Below, in pieces: positions 14,553-14,899 of a stretch of 14,899 nt of DNA. Position numbers and translations under genes: made by a program. The DNA lies in contig CAZOVR010000062.1 in the NCBI GenBank assembly GCA_964583405.1, positions 1 to 14,899 on the forward strand. Direction: 5' to 3'. The notes beneath the pieces were generated by a model. That model was given only the letters and a program-made list of their open reading frames with translations. It had not been told where the DNA came from and did not search any database. The DNA is from an uncultured Pirellulales bacterium (lineage in GTDB: Bacteria; Planctomycetota; Phycisphaerae; Sedimentisphaerales; Anaerobacaceae). Numbering within the stretch: position 1 is the first letter of the stretch; each line of letters opens with the position of its first letter.

Positions 14553-14899
14553 ATAATCCTCCTTTCATTATCTTTTGCCGGGTTACCGGCCGCTGTGATT
14601 TCTACCACCGACGGCAAGTCCTTAAGCCCGTCGCATAGTGGTATCACCGCAAAGGTTATCACCCTTGTAGGTATCTTTGTATCCAGCCAAAAGACTGCAA
14701 GCCTGCCCTTGAGAAGGGGTTATGACACCGTGCTGAGAACTCTTGCCTCTTCCGTTGCATTTGAATTGCGTGCAATCATATCCACATATAGGTTTATTTG
14801 CAAGCCTTATTCAGGGGAATTCTAAATTTTTTGCGGGAGTTTGTTTAGAAGCCATTTCATAACCTAAATATTTATAGATTTTAAACTTGCGCCATTAAA

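Noticed and set aside
14532-14825. Plus-strand 97-aa ORF
   Set aside because: It overlaps the start and upstream leader of the 911-aa gene and has no RBS. The hydrophobic segment is likely fortuitous.
1-14899. CRISPR array, integron attC or prophage structural genes
   Set aside because: There are no regularly spaced direct repeats with spacers. No integrase or recombination-site architecture is present beyond the IS. No phage-like gene set is present.

Overview
The window is about 14.9 kb, roughly 50% GC, with short AT-rich tracts at 966-1230 and 1660-1860. It is an accessory-looking chromosomal segment whose gene content points to a Planctomycetota/PVC-type bacterium; that is inferred from domain content, not from any search. 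The main supported features follow. (1) An ECF sigma factor gene is translationally coupled to a membrane Ser/Thr kinase with a C-terminal extracytoplasmic TPR domain (2434-5321, +). A small secreted Tyr/Asn/Pro-rich protein is encoded divergently (1870-2256, -). (2) An IS481-family insertion sequence lies at about 5462-6813. Its roughly 399-codon transposase frame is intact except for a single in-frame TAG. (3) A secreted DUF4038/GH140-like glycoside hydrolase is encoded at 7059-8996 (-). (4) A tRNA-His(GUG) with a genomically encoded G-1 lies at 9076-9150 (-). (5) An SPFH/flotillin-like membrane protein is encoded at 9483-10994 (+). (6) An Hsp20/alpha-crystallin gene (11285-11731, +) is preceded by a textbook sigma-54 -24/-12 promoter and two upstream palindromic sites. 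(7) A 911-aa secreted multidomain protein has a CBM-like module and a C-terminal dockerin-like pair (11817-14552, -). The 5' kilobase holds a truncated YD-repeat-like ORF tail, an orphan basic 200-aa ORF, and an ORF-poor GC-normal island flanked by AT-rich DNA (1230-1660) that I cannot assign. No CRISPR array was found. Most six-frame ORFs not listed are antisense shadows of the genes above.
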